In this document: positions 39,889 to 52,004 of the stretch, one piece after another
Position numbering within the stretch: the first letter of the stretch is position 1
How the letters are laid out: the number at the start of each line of letters is the position of its first letter
Assembly: GCA_965249725.1 (NCBI GenBank)
Contig: CBDFMQ010000002.1
Location: 960,001-1,024,000, forward strand
DNA: 64,000 nucleotides
Reading direction: 5' to 3'
Source of the DNA: Longimicrobiales bacterium
Lineage (GTDB): Bacteria; Gemmatimonadota; Gemmatimonadetes; Longimicrobiales; Gaopeijiaceae
Translations under genes and position numbers: made by a program
Notes under the pieces: model-generated
The model's input: the letters and a program-made list of their open reading frames with translations, nothing else
The model's database searches: none
What the model was told of the DNA's origin: nothing

Positions 39889-40894
39889 AGGTCTCGATGC
39901 GCTCCTCGATCAGTAGGGATATCGCAAGGGCAGAGCGCCCATCCTCACCGTCCACCGCCGGTGTCCCCCGCCCTACGACCGCGTCAGAGAAGTTCTCCAG
40001 TTCCTTGGCCAGCGGCTCGGCGCCATCGCCCTGTAAGGGAATGCGCTCCACGAGATCGGCCAGTCCACCCTCGGGCAGGACCTCGAGGTCCGGTCCTCCC
40101 GAAAAGAGAGGCAGATTCTGCTTGAGCCTGAGAAACTCACCGGTTCCGTCGGCGAGGTTGAGGCTGAGATACCCTGACTCCTGGAAGATCCGGAGCTTTC
40201 TCATCCGCTCCGTCGAGACCCGGCTCGCCGTGAGGTTCGCCACCGCTCCCCCCTCGAACCCGAGCCTCGCGTTCGCAATGTCGATGCTCGGTGTCAGAAC
40301 CGGAATCCCGGTGGCTGCGATGTCGATTACAGGCTTCCCCACCAGGCTCTGGACCAGATCGACATCATGGATCATCAGGTCGAGCACCACCGCCACGTCG
40401 ATGCTCCTCGGAACGAACGGCGCGAGCCTGTGAGACTCGATGAAGAGAGGAGCCTGAAGGAAGGGCTCCGCGGCTCGAATGGCCGCGTTGAACCGCTCAA
40501 CGTGCCCCACCTGGACGATCGCACCGCTCGCGGCGGAGGCCTCGAGCATGCGGTCGGCCGCATCGAGCGAAGGGGCCATCGGTTTTTCCACCAGAACGCC
40601 CACGCCCTGTGTCAGAGCCGCAACGGCCGCCGCCTCATGCTCTACGGTGGGCACCGCCACTACGATCCCGTCTGCCTGATCGAGTAGGGCCTCCAGGCTG
40701 GAATGGACCTCGACTTCCAGCTCACCACCCACCTCGCGGGCTCGGTCGGAGTCGACATCGTAGATGCCCGCCATCCGCACACCGCCGAGGGAGCGGAGAA
40801 TGCGAGCGTGGTGATAGCCCAGGCTCCCAACCCCTGCGACACCGATCGCGGGAGACTCCAGGGACGACCCGCTAGGTCGTGATGCCACGCTCAC
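39863..40894 (-). CDS. Gfo/Idh/MocA oxidoreductase (GnnA-like)
   Basis: GVGSLG, LVEKP, GHVERFN, DLMIHD; located between lpxA and lpxB. Confidence 0.85.
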   Translation of the reverse strand: MSVASRPSGSSLESPAIGVAGVGSLGYHHARILRSLGGVRMAGIYDVDSDRAREVGGELEVEVHSSLEALLDQADGIVVAVPTVEHEAAAVAALTQGVGVLVEKPMAPSLDAADRMLEASAASGAIVQVGHVERFNAAIRAAEPFLQAPLFIESHRLAPFVPRSIDVAVVLDLMIHDVDLVQSLVGKPVIDIAATGIPVLTPSIDIANARLGFEGGAVANLTASRVSTERMRKLRIFQESGYLSLNLADGTGEFLRLKQNLPLFSGGPDLEVLPEGGLADLVERIPLQGDGAEPLAKELENFSDAVVGRGTPAVDGEDGRSALAISLLIEERIETYVADTRKA

Positions 40895-41687
40895 TGTCCC
40901 GGATGAAGGTCAGGAGGTGTCTTACCTCGGGAATCTGAGCGACCTCGGCCTCTGCTTTGGTCAGCGCCTCGGAGAGGTTGAGCTTGGACTGGAAGAGCGT
41001 CCGATAGGCCTGCTTCAGCGCCTTCTTCACATCCTCGGACACTCCACGCCGCTCCAGGCCGACCGTGTTCAGGCCATAGAGTTTGGCGGGGTTGCCCGCC
41101 ACCCTGAGATACGGCGGAATGTCCTGTGGGATGCGAGACCCGCCCCCACAGAACGAGTGGGCGCCGATGCGCACGAACTGATGGATGGCCGTCACACCGC
41201 CGACGATCACCCAGTCTTCGATGATCACGTGACCTGCCATGTTCACGGCGTTCGAGAGAATGACGTGATTCCCGATCTCACAGTCGTGGGCCACATGGAC
41301 GTAGGCCATGATGAGGCAATCGCTGCCGACCACCGTCTTGCGGGAGGCCCTCGTGCCCCGGTTGAGGGTGGCATACTCGCGAATCACCGTGCGGTCGCCG
41401 ACGTAGAGGTGCGATGCCTCGCCCTCGTACTTCAAGTCCTGTGGATCCGTGCCCAACACCGCACCCTGTTCGATCTGGCACTGCTCGCCGATCGTGGTAT
41501 CCCGCTGCACCAGCACATGGCTGGCTATGACCGTCCCGTTTCCTACGGCCACGCCCGGGCCGATGATCGAGTACGGCCCGATCACCACATCCTTTCCCAG
41601 GCGAGCCCCCGGGTCCACAATCGCCGTCGGGTGGACGTCGACGTCGGTGCCGTCGCCCCCCCGATCACCCCAGTGTGTATCGCTCAT
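40872..41687 (-). CDS. lpxA: Acyl-ACP--UDP-GlcNAc acyltransferase
   Basis: Hexapeptide repeats, PQDLKY, HVAHDC, HQFVRIG. Confidence 0.96.
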   Translation of the reverse strand: MSDTHWGDRGGDGTDVDVHPTAIVDPGARLGKDVVIGPYSIIGPGVAVGNGTVIASHVLVQRDTTIGEQCQIEQGAVLGTDPQDLKYEGEASHLYVGDRTVIREYATLNRGTRASRKTVVGSDCLIMAYVHVAHDCEIGNHVILSNAVNMAGHVIIEDWVIVGGVTAIHQFVRIGAHSFCGGGSRIPQDIPPYLRVAGNPAKLYGLNTVGLERRGVSEDVKKALKQAYRTLFQSKLNLSEALTKAEAEVAQIPEVRHLLTFIRDSERGITT

Positions 41688-42967
41688 CGATCCATTATCC
41701 TCGCCATCAAGTCCGCCTGGGCCACCACCTTGCCATCCACACGTCCCACCCCTCGGATCTTGCACACGTTCCTGCGGAACTGGACCATCTCGACCTCGAA
41801 TACCAACTGGTCACCCGGAATGACCGGCTTTCTCCACTTCACCTTATCCAGTGACATGAAGTAGACGACCTTGTCCTCCGGGTCGGCCACGGTATCCATC
41901 AACAAAAGCCCGCCGACCTGCGCCATCGCCTCGATGATCAACACGCCCGGCATGATGGGGTGTCCCGGAAAGTGCCCCTGAAAGAAGGGCTCGTTGATCG
42001 TCACATTCTTGATGCCGACGATCCTCTTGCCCGACTCGAACTCCAGAACCCGATCCACCAGCAGGAACGGATACCGGTGGGGCAAATACTCCATGATTCG
42101 TTCGACTTCCACGGGGTACGTTGACCCTCCCTTCTGCGTATGATCTTTCAACGCCTTGGCTAGAGCGATGTTCCCTTGGTGGCTAGGCCTCTCCGACACG
42201 ATGTGTCCCTGAACCCTCCCCCCGATCAGGGCCAGATCACCGATCAGATCACCGACCTTGTGGCGGAGGAACTCGTCGTCGAACCGAAGGTCGTCGTTCA
42301 TCACGCCGTCGTCGTTCAGGACGATGGTGTTGTCGAGCGAAGCCCCCATGGCGAGTCCCCGGGCTTGCAGCGCCTCCGCATCTCGGTGGAAGCCAAACGT
42401 GCGTGCGGGTGCAATCTCGCTCAGAAAGGCCTCTTGGGTGACGTCGAAGGTGCCGAACTGGCGGCCGATGACCTCGTGCTCGAAGTCGATGGTGGCCGAA
42501 ATGCGTAGGTCTTCTGCCGGGGACGCCACGTAAGAGGCCCCCGTCTCCACACTCACGGTGACCGGTTTCGTGATGACTCTGACCTCGGCGGGCTCGTCTA
42601 GGTCGACGGGGCCCGTGTCCAGGATGGCGTCCAAGTACCGCTGAAAGCTGCCGTCGAGAATCGGCGGTTCGGGACCACTGAGTTCGAGAATGGCATTGTC
42701 GACACACGCCGCCGCCAAAGCCGCCATGACGTGCTCGACCGTGAGGACCGTCACGTCTCCTGTCCCCAGGCTCGTCCCCAGATCCGTCCCGACTACGTGG
42801 TCCAGGTCTGCGGGCACCTCGGGTGAACCGTCCAAGTCGACGCGCCGAAAGCGGATCCCGCCGCCTTCGGCCGGCTTCATCGTCAGCGTCGCGGGCAGTC
42901 CGGAGTGCACACCGATGCCCTGCAGGGCTCTCTCGCCGCCCAATGTGCGCTGTTTGGGACAGTCCAT
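41684..42967 (-). CDS. lpxC: Bifunctional LpxC/FabZ
   Basis: GIGVHSG, TVEH, RHKVGD, then [15 protein letters not shown]. Confidence 0.95.
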   Translation of the reverse strand: MDCPKQRTLGGERALQGIGVHSGLPATLTMKPAEGGGIRFRRVDLDGSPEVPADLDHVVGTDLGTSLGTGDVTVLTVEHVMAALAAACVDNAILELSGPEPPILDGSFQRYLDAILDTGPVDLDEPAEVRVITKPVTVSVETGASYVASPAEDLRISATIDFEHEVIGRQFGTFDVTQEAFLSEIAPARTFGFHRDAEALQARGLAMGASLDNTIVLNDDGVMNDDLRFDDEFLRHKVGDLIGDLALIGGRVQGHIVSERPSHQGNIALAKALKDHTQKGGSTYPVEVERIMEYLPHRYPFLLVDRVLEFESGKRIVGIKNVTINEPFFQGHFPGHPIMPGVLIIEAMAQVGGLLLMDTVADPEDKVVYFMSLDKVKWRKPVIPGDQLVFEVEMVQFRRNVCKIRGVGRVDGKVVAQADLMARIMDR

Positions 42968-43096
42968 GCAGCGGGCCTCGCCTTAACAGGCCGCATCGCT
43001 CGCAGCCCCGTCGTATTGGATCCCCTCGGGCTAGCTGAAGCCGTTCAGGGGTGTCGCAGGTACAGCGGAAAACATAACGAGATTGAAGAGACCATT

Positions 43097-44155
43097 CTAT
43101 TCGGAGGCTTCTTCGGCTCGGCCCAACTCCAGGGCCCTCTCCATTCGCCGCACGCGTTGACGGAGTTCAGCGAGCCGGTACATCGCCGCCGTGGCCTTGT
43201 GGAAGTCACTGATGGGCCTGGCGGGGTAGCCGGCCACCGTGTTCCCAGCGGCCAGGTCCTCTGTGACGCCGGCCTGGGCCGCCACCCTGGCTCCGTCCCC
43301 GACTACGATGTGATCCGCGGCGCCCGACTGCCCTCCCCACATGGTTCCGGCCCCGATCGAGGTCGAACCCGCGACCCCGACCTGGCCCGCAAGAAAGCTG
43401 TCCGGGCCCACGCTCACGTTGTGGCCGATGTGGACAAGGTTGTCGAGCTTGGTTCGGCTGCCGAGCTCGGTGCGGCCGATGGACCCCCGATCGATGCAGC
43501 TGTTCGCGCCGATCTCGACGTCGTCGCCGATCACGCACAGACCCACGTGCGGGATCTTCGTGGGTCCGTCCTCACCCGGCGTGTATCCGAATCCATCGAC
43601 GCCGACACGTACACCGGAGTGAAGCACGACTCGCTCACCGACCAGCACCTGAGGATAGAGCACGACGTGGGGGTGCAGGACGGAGTCGGCTCCGACCCTC
43701 GCGCCCTCCCGTACCACGACGTGCGAATGGAGGGTGACCCGGTCACCGAGGACTACTCCGTCCTCGACCACGACGTAGGGGCCCACACTTACGTCGGCCC
43801 CGAGTCGCACCCCTTCGCCGATCACGGCCGTGGTGTGGATGCCGGGCCGGTGGGGCGGGTCGGGATGGAAGTGGCCCAAGAGTACCGCCATGGCCTGGCG
43901 CGGATCCTCGACGACCAGACGATTCGGCACCTCTGTCGCCTGCGCGTCCAATTCCTCGGAAACCAGGAGGGCGCCCGCTTCGGTCCGTGACAGCGCATCC
44001 ACGTATCGGTGATCCGCCAGCAGCCCCAACTCGGTGGGTCCGGCGTGACCGAGCGTAGCGATCCCGTCTATGGGTAGGTCGACATCACCCACGGCACGTC
44101 CGCCCACGAGCGACGCCAGATCGCCCAGGGTGTGCTGCGGAGGGCCGGACGCCAC
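43097..44155 (-). CDS. lpxD: UDP-3-O-acylglucosamine N-acyltransferase
   Basis: DGFGY, IGANSCIDRG, KLDNLVHIGHNV. Confidence 0.96.
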   Translation of the reverse strand: MASGPPQHTLGDLASLVGGRAVGDVDLPIDGIATLGHAGPTELGLLADHRYVDALSRTEAGALLVSEELDAQATEVPNRLVVEDPRQAMAVLLGHFHPDPPHRPGIHTTAVIGEGVRLGADVSVGPYVVVEDGVVLGDRVTLHSHVVVREGARVGADSVLHPHVVLYPQVLVGERVVLHSGVRVGVDGFGYTPGEDGPTKIPHVGLCVIGDDVEIGANSCIDRGSIGRTELGSRTKLDNLVHIGHNVSVGPDSFLAGQVGVAGSTSIGAGTMWGGQSGAADHIVVGDGARVAAQAGVTEDLAAGNTVAGYPARPISDFHKATAAMYRLAELRQRVRRMERALELGRAEEASE

Positions 44156-44158
44156 GGA

Positions 44159-44680
44159 TCAGCCTCCTTGGGCCAACCTCTGAATCACGGTGTCCGTCAG
44201 GTCCAGCGCTTCGTCGGCCGCGATCAGGCCTCCCGCCGAGACGTCGAAGATGAAGTTATAGGACCCTTCTTCGCGTATGGTCTGGATGATGCTGTTGATG
44301 CGCTCCATGATCGGCGCCACCAGCTCTTGCTGGCGTCGAGAGGCCTCAGTCTCGATCTCCCCCATCCGAACCTGGTACTGCTGCTGCTTGATCCCGATCT
44401 CTTCCTGCCGGCTCCGTCGGACATCAGGGCTCAACGTGACCTGTTGTGCCTGATACCGATTCATCAATTCGCCGATCTCGGTCTCCAGAGCCTGAAGCTC
44501 GCTCTCGAGAGGAACCATCTCCCTCTGGAACTGCTCCTGGGCGGCCAGGGCAGCGGAGCTCTCGGCGACGATGGCCGACGAGTTGATGTAGCCGATCTTG
44601 AGGCCACCCTGTGCGGTCTGTGCGCTGACGGGGACACCCGCGAGAAGGAGGGCGCACATGGAAAGAAATACTCGTCGCAT
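44159..44680 (-). CDS. skp: OmpH/Skp periplasmic chaperone
   Basis: Signal peptide, KIGYIN, coiled coils, DLTDTVI; between bamA and lpxD. Confidence 0.9.
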   Translation of the reverse strand: MRRVFLSMCALLLAGVPVSAQTAQGGLKIGYINSSAIVAESSAALAAQEQFQREMVPLESELQALETEIGELMNRYQAQQVTLSPDVRRSRQEEIGIKQQQYQVRMGEIETEASRRQQELVAPIMERINSIIQTIREEGSYNFIFDVSAGGLIAADEALDLTDTVIQRLAQGG

Positions 44681-44697
44681 AGTTTGGTACTCCCTGA

Positions 44698-47136
44698 TCA
44701 GAACCCGCCGCCACCGAGATTGAAGTGAAGCTGCCAACCGGGCTCCGGCTTGTCGAATCCATACGCGTAGTCCAGCCCGACCGGACCGAACGGTGTGACC
44801 AACAGAATCCCGATGCCCGCACCCCGATTCAACCGGCTCGGGTCCATCTCACGGGGATGACGCCAGACGTTACCGGCATCGAAGAAGAGCGACGCAGAAA
44901 GCTGGGCTCCCATTCGCAAGGCGAGCTCGGTGGTCATCGAGTAGAAGGCGGTACCGAGACGGTCGATGTCTAGAATCTCTCTGGACCGCTCCGCGAAGTA
45001 CCCCTCCGGCGTTACGGTCGTCTCGTCATACCCGCGAAGCTGCTCACCGAATTGGACTCCACCCATCCAGAACCGCTCGAAAGGAAAGGCCTCGCTGTTT
45101 CCCTGAATGGCACCCGTTCGAAGCGTCATTCCGAGCGCGAACGTGAGGCCCGAACCCGGCTGGTTCGGATCACCACCCGCGACCCCGACCGGAATCCACC
45201 AGGCGCCCTCGGCGGTCGTCTTGACGAATCGCCCGTCACCGCCCAGAGGCCCACCTGTAAGATCCAGGTTGAACGCCTGTCGCCCACCCACCGTCGGGAA
45301 TAGCGGGTGGTTCAGGGTCGAGCGCGTGATTCCGAAGGAAATCGTGCTCTGGGTCGCGGACGGCCGGCCGAAGAGCGACTGGTCGGACTGGGCGCTCTGG
45401 AGGGTGTATTTCGTCCGAGACAGGCCGTACCCGGCGAACAAACGTGTGAAGCGCGCGCCGGGAATCGGGAATCCGAAGCGGAGACCGACCCCTGCCCGCT
45501 TCCGACGACCCGACTGGAAGCTGATGAAGCGATCACGAGCGTTGAACACGTTGAGCGAGCCGCTGACGAGGCTCTCGCGGATCCCGGGATCGGAGTAGCT
45601 GAGAGTCTGGTTGTTCGCGAACCGTCCAAAATCCCACCGCACGCTGCCGGACTTGCCCTTCCCGAACAGGTTGGGCTGATCATAACCCACGAAACCGGCC
45701 ACCCCCGTACGGCCACCCACCGACGTGCCGAAGTTGATCGCTCCGGTGGGTTTTTCGACCACGTGGAAGGTCACATCGACGTCGCCATTTTGGTTGGGCA
45801 CGATGGCCGGGAACTCCATGGGCGCGTCGAAATAGCCGAGTGAAGAGATGCTCTGGTAGCTCTGAATGACACGTTCCTGCGAGTACACGTCTCCCGGGAG
45901 AACGAAGATCTTGTCCCGGATGACCCGCTCATACGTGTACTCATTGCCATCGATGTCCACCCTCGCGATATACGCCTGTTGGGCTTCCCGAATCGTCCAA
46001 CCCACGTTGACCGTCGCGGGCTCGCCGGGCTGTGCCGGATTGCGATTCACGTAGGGAACGATCTGAGAGTAGAGGTACCCCTCGTTCTGGTAGAGCGCCG
46101 CCACTTCCGCCGTAGCCGCCTGGAACGCGACGGAGTCGAAGACCGGGAGCTCGTCCTCGCCGAGAACGGTCGTAAACAAACCCGCGTCGTCCGGCTCGAA
46201 GTACCCCTCCAGCCGATCCGTGGCGAACTCCCGGTTTCCGGTGATGGAGAAGTCGGCGAGGTGATACTCCGTCCCCTCATCGACCGTCAACTCGATACGC
46301 GTCTTGCCGGTGGTCGGATCGATGACGAGCGAATCACCCAGAACCTGGAAGTCCAGATAGCCTCTCGCGGCATAGTAGGCCGGGAGGTGAACCGCGAGAT
46401 CCTCATCGAGCTTCGCACGGTCGTATGAGCCCGGACTCCACCACCAGAACCCCTCTGATTTCACGGACATGGCGCCTCTCAGGGCGCCATCGCCGAATAG
46501 CTCATTCCCCTCGAAGACGACGTCGGCGACGGTGATTCGGGTGCCCTCGGTCACGTCCAGGTAGAGCAGGATCTCCTTCTCGCGGTTCGTGATCGGCTCC
46601 TTACGCTCGACAATGTCGGCGAACGGAATCCCTTTCGAAGCCAACTTGGTGCGGATGTAGTCCTTCGCCGCCGCGATCCTCCCGGGCGAATAAGGCAAAC
46701 CCGCCCGGACCCCGGTACTGTCACCGACCTCGTCGGCGTCGGCATTCTCCAAGCCCCGAAAGATCACGTTGCGCACGAGGTCCTGCTCTTCGAGCTCCCA
46801 CACGAGTGTGACGTGGTCCCCGACGTTGCCTTCGATGTGGGCGGTGATGTCCGCGAACTGCCCAGATGCCCACAGATCCTTGGCGGCCTTCTGGATGTCG
46901 AAGATGGTGTAGGAACTGCCTCGATTGATGCCCGACATCGAGATGATGGTGATCTCCGCCAGGCGCACATTGCCCTGTACCGACACCGAATCGATGAGAA
47001 TGGGCCCAACGGAGGTGTCCTGCTGTGCCTGGGCGCCGACCGGGAGTGCGAGCACGATCAACAGGGCCGCACGCACCCAGAGCGGTCTCACGGCCCTGAA
47101 AATCGGTTTGAACAGGGGTCTGGCTCCGCCCGTCAC
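44698..47136 (-). CDS. bamA: Outer membrane protein assembly factor BamA
   Basis: POTRA domains, NLFGKG, LRGY, C-terminal HFNLGGGF. Confidence 0.95.
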   Translation of the reverse strand: MTGGARPLFKPIFRAVRPLWVRAALLIVLALPVGAQAQQDTSVGPILIDSVSVQGNVRLAEITIISMSGINRGSSYTIFDIQKAAKDLWASGQFADITAHIEGNVGDHVTLVWELEEQDLVRNVIFRGLENADADEVGDSTGVRAGLPYSPGRIAAAKDYIRTKLASKGIPFADIVERKEPITNREKEILLYLDVTEGTRITVADVVFEGNELFGDGALRGAMSVKSEGFWWWSPGSYDRAKLDEDLAVHLPAYYAARGYLDFQVLGDSLVIDPTTGKTRIELTVDEGTEYHLADFSITGNREFATDRLEGYFEPDDAGLFTTVLGEDELPVFDSVAFQAATAEVAALYQNEGYLYSQIVPYVNRNPAQPGEPATVNVGWTIREAQQAYIARVDIDGNEYTYERVIRDKIFVLPGDVYSQERVIQSYQSISSLGYFDAPMEFPAIVPNQNGDVDVTFHVVEKPTGAINFGTSVGGRTGVAGFVGYDQPNLFGKGKSGSVRWDFGRFANNQTLSYSDPGIRESLVSGSLNVFNARDRFISFQSGRRKRAGVGLRFGFPIPGARFTRLFAGYGLSRTKYTLQSAQSDQSLFGRPSATQSTISFGITRSTLNHPLFPTVGGRQAFNLDLTGGPLGGDGRFVKTTAEGAWWIPVGVAGGDPNQPGSGLTFALGMTLRTGAIQGNSEAFPFERFWMGGVQFGEQLRGYDETTVTPEGYFAERSREILDIDRLGTAFYSMTTELALRMGAQLSASLFFDAGNVWRHPREMDPSRLNRGAGIGILLVTPFGPVGLDYAYGFDKPEPGWQLHFNLGGGGF

Positions 47137-49616
47137 GTCTTGCTCTGTGAGGCCACGGCCAAACTCAGCGCCTCTCCGTCGTCGGCCACATCGACGACGA
47201 TCTCGTCACCGGCCGAGAAATCCGCCGTCAGGATACGCTCTGAGAGGGGATCCTCGAGATACCGCTGGATGGCCCGCTTGAGGGGACGCGCCCCGAACTT
47301 TTCGTCGTAGCCCTTGCCCACGAGGAAGTCGATGGCCTCATCCGAGAGGGTCACGCTCAGTTCTTCTTCGGCCAGACGCCCGCTGATGTCCCTCAGCAGG
47401 ATGTGGACGATCTGTCCGATCTCTTCGCGGCTCAGGGTGTGGAACACGATCGTGTCATCCACCCTGTTCAGGAACTCCGGATTGAACGCCCTCTCGATCT
47501 CGGCGCGTACCTTCTCCTGCATCACGTCGTAGGACGACTTGGCATCGTTGTCATGGAACCCGAGGCTTCCACCTTTCGAGATATCGCGACCACCCAGGTT
47601 GGAGGTCATGATGAGCACGGTGTTCTTGAAGTCGATCACGCGCCCGTAGTTGTCCGTGAGATGCCCTTCGTCGAGCACCTGTAACAGGATGTTGAAGACG
47701 TCGGGGTGGGCCTTTTCGATCTCGTCGAGCAGCACGACGGAATAGGGCCGGCGACGCACCGCCTTGGTGAGTGCTCCGGAATCCTCGTAGCCGACGTAGC
47801 CCGGAGGCGCGCCGATCAGTCGCGAGACGGAGAACTTCTCCATGTACTCGCTCATGTCCACCCGGATCAACGCGTCACGATCCGCAAACAAGAACTCGGC
47901 AAGCGCTCGGGCCAATTCGGTCTTACCGACCCCGGTGGGACCGGAGAAGATGAACGAACCGATGGGGCGGTCTGGGTCCTTCAACCCGGCCCGGCTCCTC
48001 CTGATGGCCCTGGCGATGGCGGTAATGGCGTTGTCCTGGCCCACCACCCTCTTGTGAAGCTCCTCCTCCATGTGGACCAGGCGATCGGTCTCGGCCTGCT
48101 GAAGCCGGGTGACCGGAATACCGGTCCAGCGGCTCACGATGAAGGCCACGTCCTCGATCGCGATTTCTGGGCGATGGCGCTTGCGCTCCTCTTCCCAGTC
48201 GTCCTGCTCGGCCCGGATCTTCTCCTGCAGCGCTCTCTCCTCGTCGCGGAGCTCGGCAGCGCGCTCGAAGTCCTGGTCGCGAATCGCACCTTCCTTGCGG
48301 TCGGCGATCTCGGCCAACTCGTCCTTGAGTTCCTCGACCTGAGGAGGAGGCACCTGCGCGGCGATCCGAGCCCGGGCCCCGGCCTCGTCGATCACGTCGA
48401 TCGCCTTGTCGGGAAGGAACCGATCCGTGATGTAGCGATCCGAGAGCTTGGCGGCCTGCTTGACCGCATCATCGGGAATGATGACCCGGTGGTGCTCCTC
48501 GTAGTGCGTACGCAGGCCCTGCAGAATGTCGACCGTCTCGTCCACCGAAGGCGGATCGACGATGACCGGCTGGAAGCGACGCTCGAGAGCACCGTCCTTC
48601 TCGATGTACTTCCTGTACTCGTTGAGAGTCGAGGCCCCGATGCACTGCAGTTCGCCCCTCGAGAGCGACGGCTTCAACATGTTGGAGGCGTCGATGGCTC
48701 CCTCGGCGGCCCCTGCCCCCACAAGCGTGTGCAACTCGTCGATGAACAACACCACGCTCTTGTTCTGCGAGATCTCGTTCATCACCGCCTTGAGACGTTC
48801 TTCGAACTGACCCCGGTACTTGGTACCGGCGATCACCGCAGCCATGTCCAAGGCCAATACCCGGTGGTCCTTCAGGGAGTCGGTGACCTCGTTACGGGAG
48901 ATCAGCTGCGCGAGCCCTTCCACGATGGCGGTCTTGCCGACGCCGGGTTCGCCGATGAGTACCGGGTTGTTCTTCTTCCGGCGGCAGAGGATCTCTACCA
49001 CCCGCTCGATTTCGGTAGCACGTCCAATGGTGGGATCCAGCTTCCCCTGACGGGCCAGGTCGGTCAGATCTCTGCAGAAGTGATCGAGGGCCGGGGTCTT
49101 GGACTTCTTCTCGCCCTTGCCCGTCGGCGGTGTAGCCGGCGCTCCCCCGCCGATACCGGCCGGCTCGGAGGGCCCGACGTCCGACCCCAGGACCTTGAGA
49201 GTCTCGGCGCGGGCCTCTTCCATGCTGACGCCGAGAGAGTTGAGGACCTGGGCGGCGATGCCCTTTTCCTCCCGCAGGAGCCCGAGGAGCAGATGCTCCG
49301 TGCCCACGTAGGAGTGATTGAGCTCGCGGGCTTCGGCCATCGCGAATTCGAGGACTTTCTTCGCCCGGGACGTATAAGGCAGCTCCCCGAGCGCGATCGT
49401 CGCCTTACCCTTCTTGACCGACTCCTCGACCTGATCGTGAATCTGATCGAGATCCACGTTGAGGTTGGTGAGGACCGCAGCGGCCACACCTTCACCCTCC
49501 CGGATGAGTCCCAGGAGTATGTGCTCGGTGCCCACATAGTCGTGCTGCAGCCTTATGGCCTCTTCCCGGGCCATGGCGAGCACTTTTCTGACGCGATCGG
49601 TAAAGTTGTAGTTCAT
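47133..49616 (-). CDS. clpC: ATP-dependent Clp protease ATPase subunit ClpC
   Basis: Double Clp-N, two AAA+ modules, UVR middle domain, LGF loop. Confidence 0.96.
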   Translation of the reverse strand: MNYNFTDRVRKVLAMAREEAIRLQHDYVGTEHILLGLIREGEGVAAAVLTNLNVDLDQIHDQVEESVKKGKATIALGELPYTSRAKKVLEFAMAEARELNHSYVGTEHLLLGLLREEKGIAAQVLNSLGVSMEEARAETLKVLGSDVGPSEPAGIGGGAPATPPTGKGEKKSKTPALDHFCRDLTDLARQGKLDPTIGRATEIERVVEILCRRKKNNPVLIGEPGVGKTAIVEGLAQLISRNEVTDSLKDHRVLALDMAAVIAGTKYRGQFEERLKAVMNEISQNKSVVLFIDELHTLVGAGAAEGAIDASNMLKPSLSRGELQCIGASTLNEYRKYIEKDGALERRFQPVIVDPPSVDETVDILQGLRTHYEEHHRVIIPDDAVKQAAKLSDRYITDRFLPDKAIDVIDEAGARARIAAQVPPPQVEELKDELAEIADRKEGAIRDQDFERAAELRDEERALQEKIRAEQDDWEEERKRHRPEIAIEDVAFIVSRWTGIPVTRLQQAETDRLVHMEEELHKRVVGQDNAITAIARAIRRSRAGLKDPDRPIGSFIFSGPTGVGKTELARALAEFLFADRDALIRVDMSEYMEKFSVSRLIGAPPGYVGYEDSGALTKAVRRRPYSVVLLDEIEKAHPDVFNILLQVLDEGHLTDNYGRVIDFKNTVLIMTSNLGGRDISKGGSLGFHDNDAKSSYDVMQEKVRAEIERAFNPEFLNRVDDTIVFHTLSREEIGQIVHILLRDISGRLAEEELSVTLSDEAIDFLVGKGYDEKFGARPLKRAIQRYLEDPLSERILTADFSAGDEIVVDVADDGEALSLAVASQSKT

Positions 49617-49628
49617 TCTGTCCGTTGG

Positions 49629-50750
49629 TTAGCCCTGAGTCGAGCCGTTCTCTCCAGTGTCCTCTTCGGGGGCCGCAGCCCCCTCCGTGGCGAGGATACG
49701 TCGCACATAAGCCGCCCTGTGAGCATCACACTCCGAGGGCGGCAGGTCCCGTCCAGCCGCCTGCTCCAAATGGGCAGTCTGGGTAAAAATCATCAATTTG
49801 TTCAGCGTATATACCCGAAGTTCCTGGAGGAGTTTCAGACCCACCCCAAGCCGAATCCCTGACAACAAATTCATCAATTCCTCAAATGAAAGCGACCTCG
49901 CGTATCTCAAGAGGCCATACGCACGCCAGATCTTGTCCTCCGTAACCTGAGGAGCGTCCCTCAGCAGCACCTGGCGTGCGTGGCTTTCATACTGGATCAC
50001 CTGGCGTGCGATCTTGTCGAGATGTTCGACCAAATCTTCTTCACTCTTACCCAACGTGGTCTGGTTCGAGATCTGGAAGAAATTGCCCACCACTTCGGAT
50101 CCCTCACCGTACAGACCCCGGAAGGTGAGGCCGACCTGCCCCAGCCCCTGCAGGACCTTCCCGATCTCCTTGGTCAGGACCAGCCCCGGAAGGTGCACCA
50201 AGACGGACGCACGCATGCCGCTCCCGACGTTGGTCGGGCAGCTCGTCAGAAAGCCGAACTCGTGGTGGTACGCAAAAGGCAGTTCCTGGCCCAATTCCTC
50301 GTCTAGGCGATCGGCAAGATTCCACGCCTTCTTGAGTCGCAGGCCCGACACCAACCCTTGAATCCGAAGATGATCCTCCTCGTTGATCATGACGCTGAGT
50401 GGATCTTCCGAGGCCAGCAGTACCCCCGTGGCACGAGCCGGGCCCGTCTTCACGTCGCCGAGGAGCTCGCGAGAGGCAAGGCGTCGTTCGAGCAGGATCC
50501 TCCGGCTCCGATGATCGAGCTCGAGCAGCTCCAGCAGCGTGGACCCGCTCAGCAGGCCGACCTTCGCGGCGGCGCGCTTGGTCTGTTCGAGTACCGCCTC
50601 CCGATCGTTGACCCGTGCCCTCGGCCCGAACGCATGTCCCTGGAGATTTCGGGCAAGCCGGACCCGCGTCGAAAGCACGACATCGGAATGGTCTCCGCTG
50701 GCATCCAGCCAACCGAGCCCGTAGTCGGGAAGCGCCGGTAGGTGTGTCAT
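49629..50750 (-). CDS. mcsB: Protein arginine kinase McsB
   Basis: STRVRLARN, NEEDHLR, LTSCPTNVGSGMRAS, FQISNQ. Confidence 0.95.
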   Translation of the reverse strand: MTHLPALPDYGLGWLDASGDHSDVVLSTRVRLARNLQGHAFGPRARVNDREAVLEQTKRAAAKVGLLSGSTLLELLELDHRSRRILLERRLASRELLGDVKTGPARATGVLLASEDPLSVMINEEDHLRIQGLVSGLRLKKAWNLADRLDEELGQELPFAYHHEFGFLTSCPTNVGSGMRASVLVHLPGLVLTKEIGKVLQGLGQVGLTFRGLYGEGSEVVGNFFQISNQTTLGKSEEDLVEHLDKIARQVIQYESHARQVLLRDAPQVTEDKIWRAYGLLRYARSLSFEELMNLLSGIRLGVGLKLLQELRVYTLNKLMIFTQTAHLEQAAGRDLPPSECDAHRAAYVRRILATEGAAAPEEDTGENGSTQG

Positions 50751-50757
50751 GTCGGAC

Positions 50758-51282
50758 TCAACCCCCTGCCGGTTCCATGGTACGGATCTTATCCCTGAGT
50801 TCCGCCGCCCGTTCGAAGTCTTCCGAGTCCACGGCCCGCTGCAGCTTGTGCCGCAGCACCTCGAGCTGCTTCTCCATGTCGGACGCCGCCGGATCGGGCG
50901 GAAGGTAGACCTTGCCCACGTGTTGGGTGCTGCCATGCACCCGACGGAGCAGTCCCCTCAAGTAGCTCTCGAAGGTGGTGTAGCAGTGTGGGCAGCCCAG
51001 GCGGCCGGCCTCGCGGAAGTCGTTGAACGTGAGTCCGCAGAACGAACACGATCCGAAGGACTCGGCGGGCTCCTGAGCGGAGGGCTCGTCACCGAGCTGG
51101 GCCAAGAATCCGGTCAGTGGAAGGTTGATCGAATCATCCGACCCCTCGACGCCCTTGGCGGCCGCACACTTCTCACACAGATGAGAGGTCGACATCTCAT
51201 CGTTCTCGATCTGCGTCAGGTGGACTACGGCGTCGCCTGATCCGCAGATCTCGCAGACCTCGCCGGATTCTTTGCTTTCCAC
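50758..51282 (-). CDS. mcsA: McsB activator McsA (UVR domain)
   Basis: Four CxxC motifs, [20 protein letters not shown]. Confidence 0.93.
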   Translation of the reverse strand: MESKESGEVCEICGSGDAVVHLTQIENDEMSTSHLCEKCAAAKGVEGSDDSINLPLTGFLAQLGDEPSAQEPAESFGSCSFCGLTFNDFREAGRLGCPHCYTTFESYLRGLLRRVHGSTQHVGKVYLPPDPAASDMEKQLEVLRHKLQRAVDSEDFERAAELRDKIRTMEPAGG

Positions 51283-51287
51283 CGTCT

Positions 51288-51989
<702 letters not shown>

Positions 51990-52004
51990 ACGCTCGAGTC
52001 CCCT

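Noticed and set aside
47706..49862. 718-aa plus-strand ORF and similar long antisense ORFs (e.g. 62641-63957, 42905-43990)
   Set aside because: Shadow frames of well-supported genes in high-GC DNA; no motifs of their own
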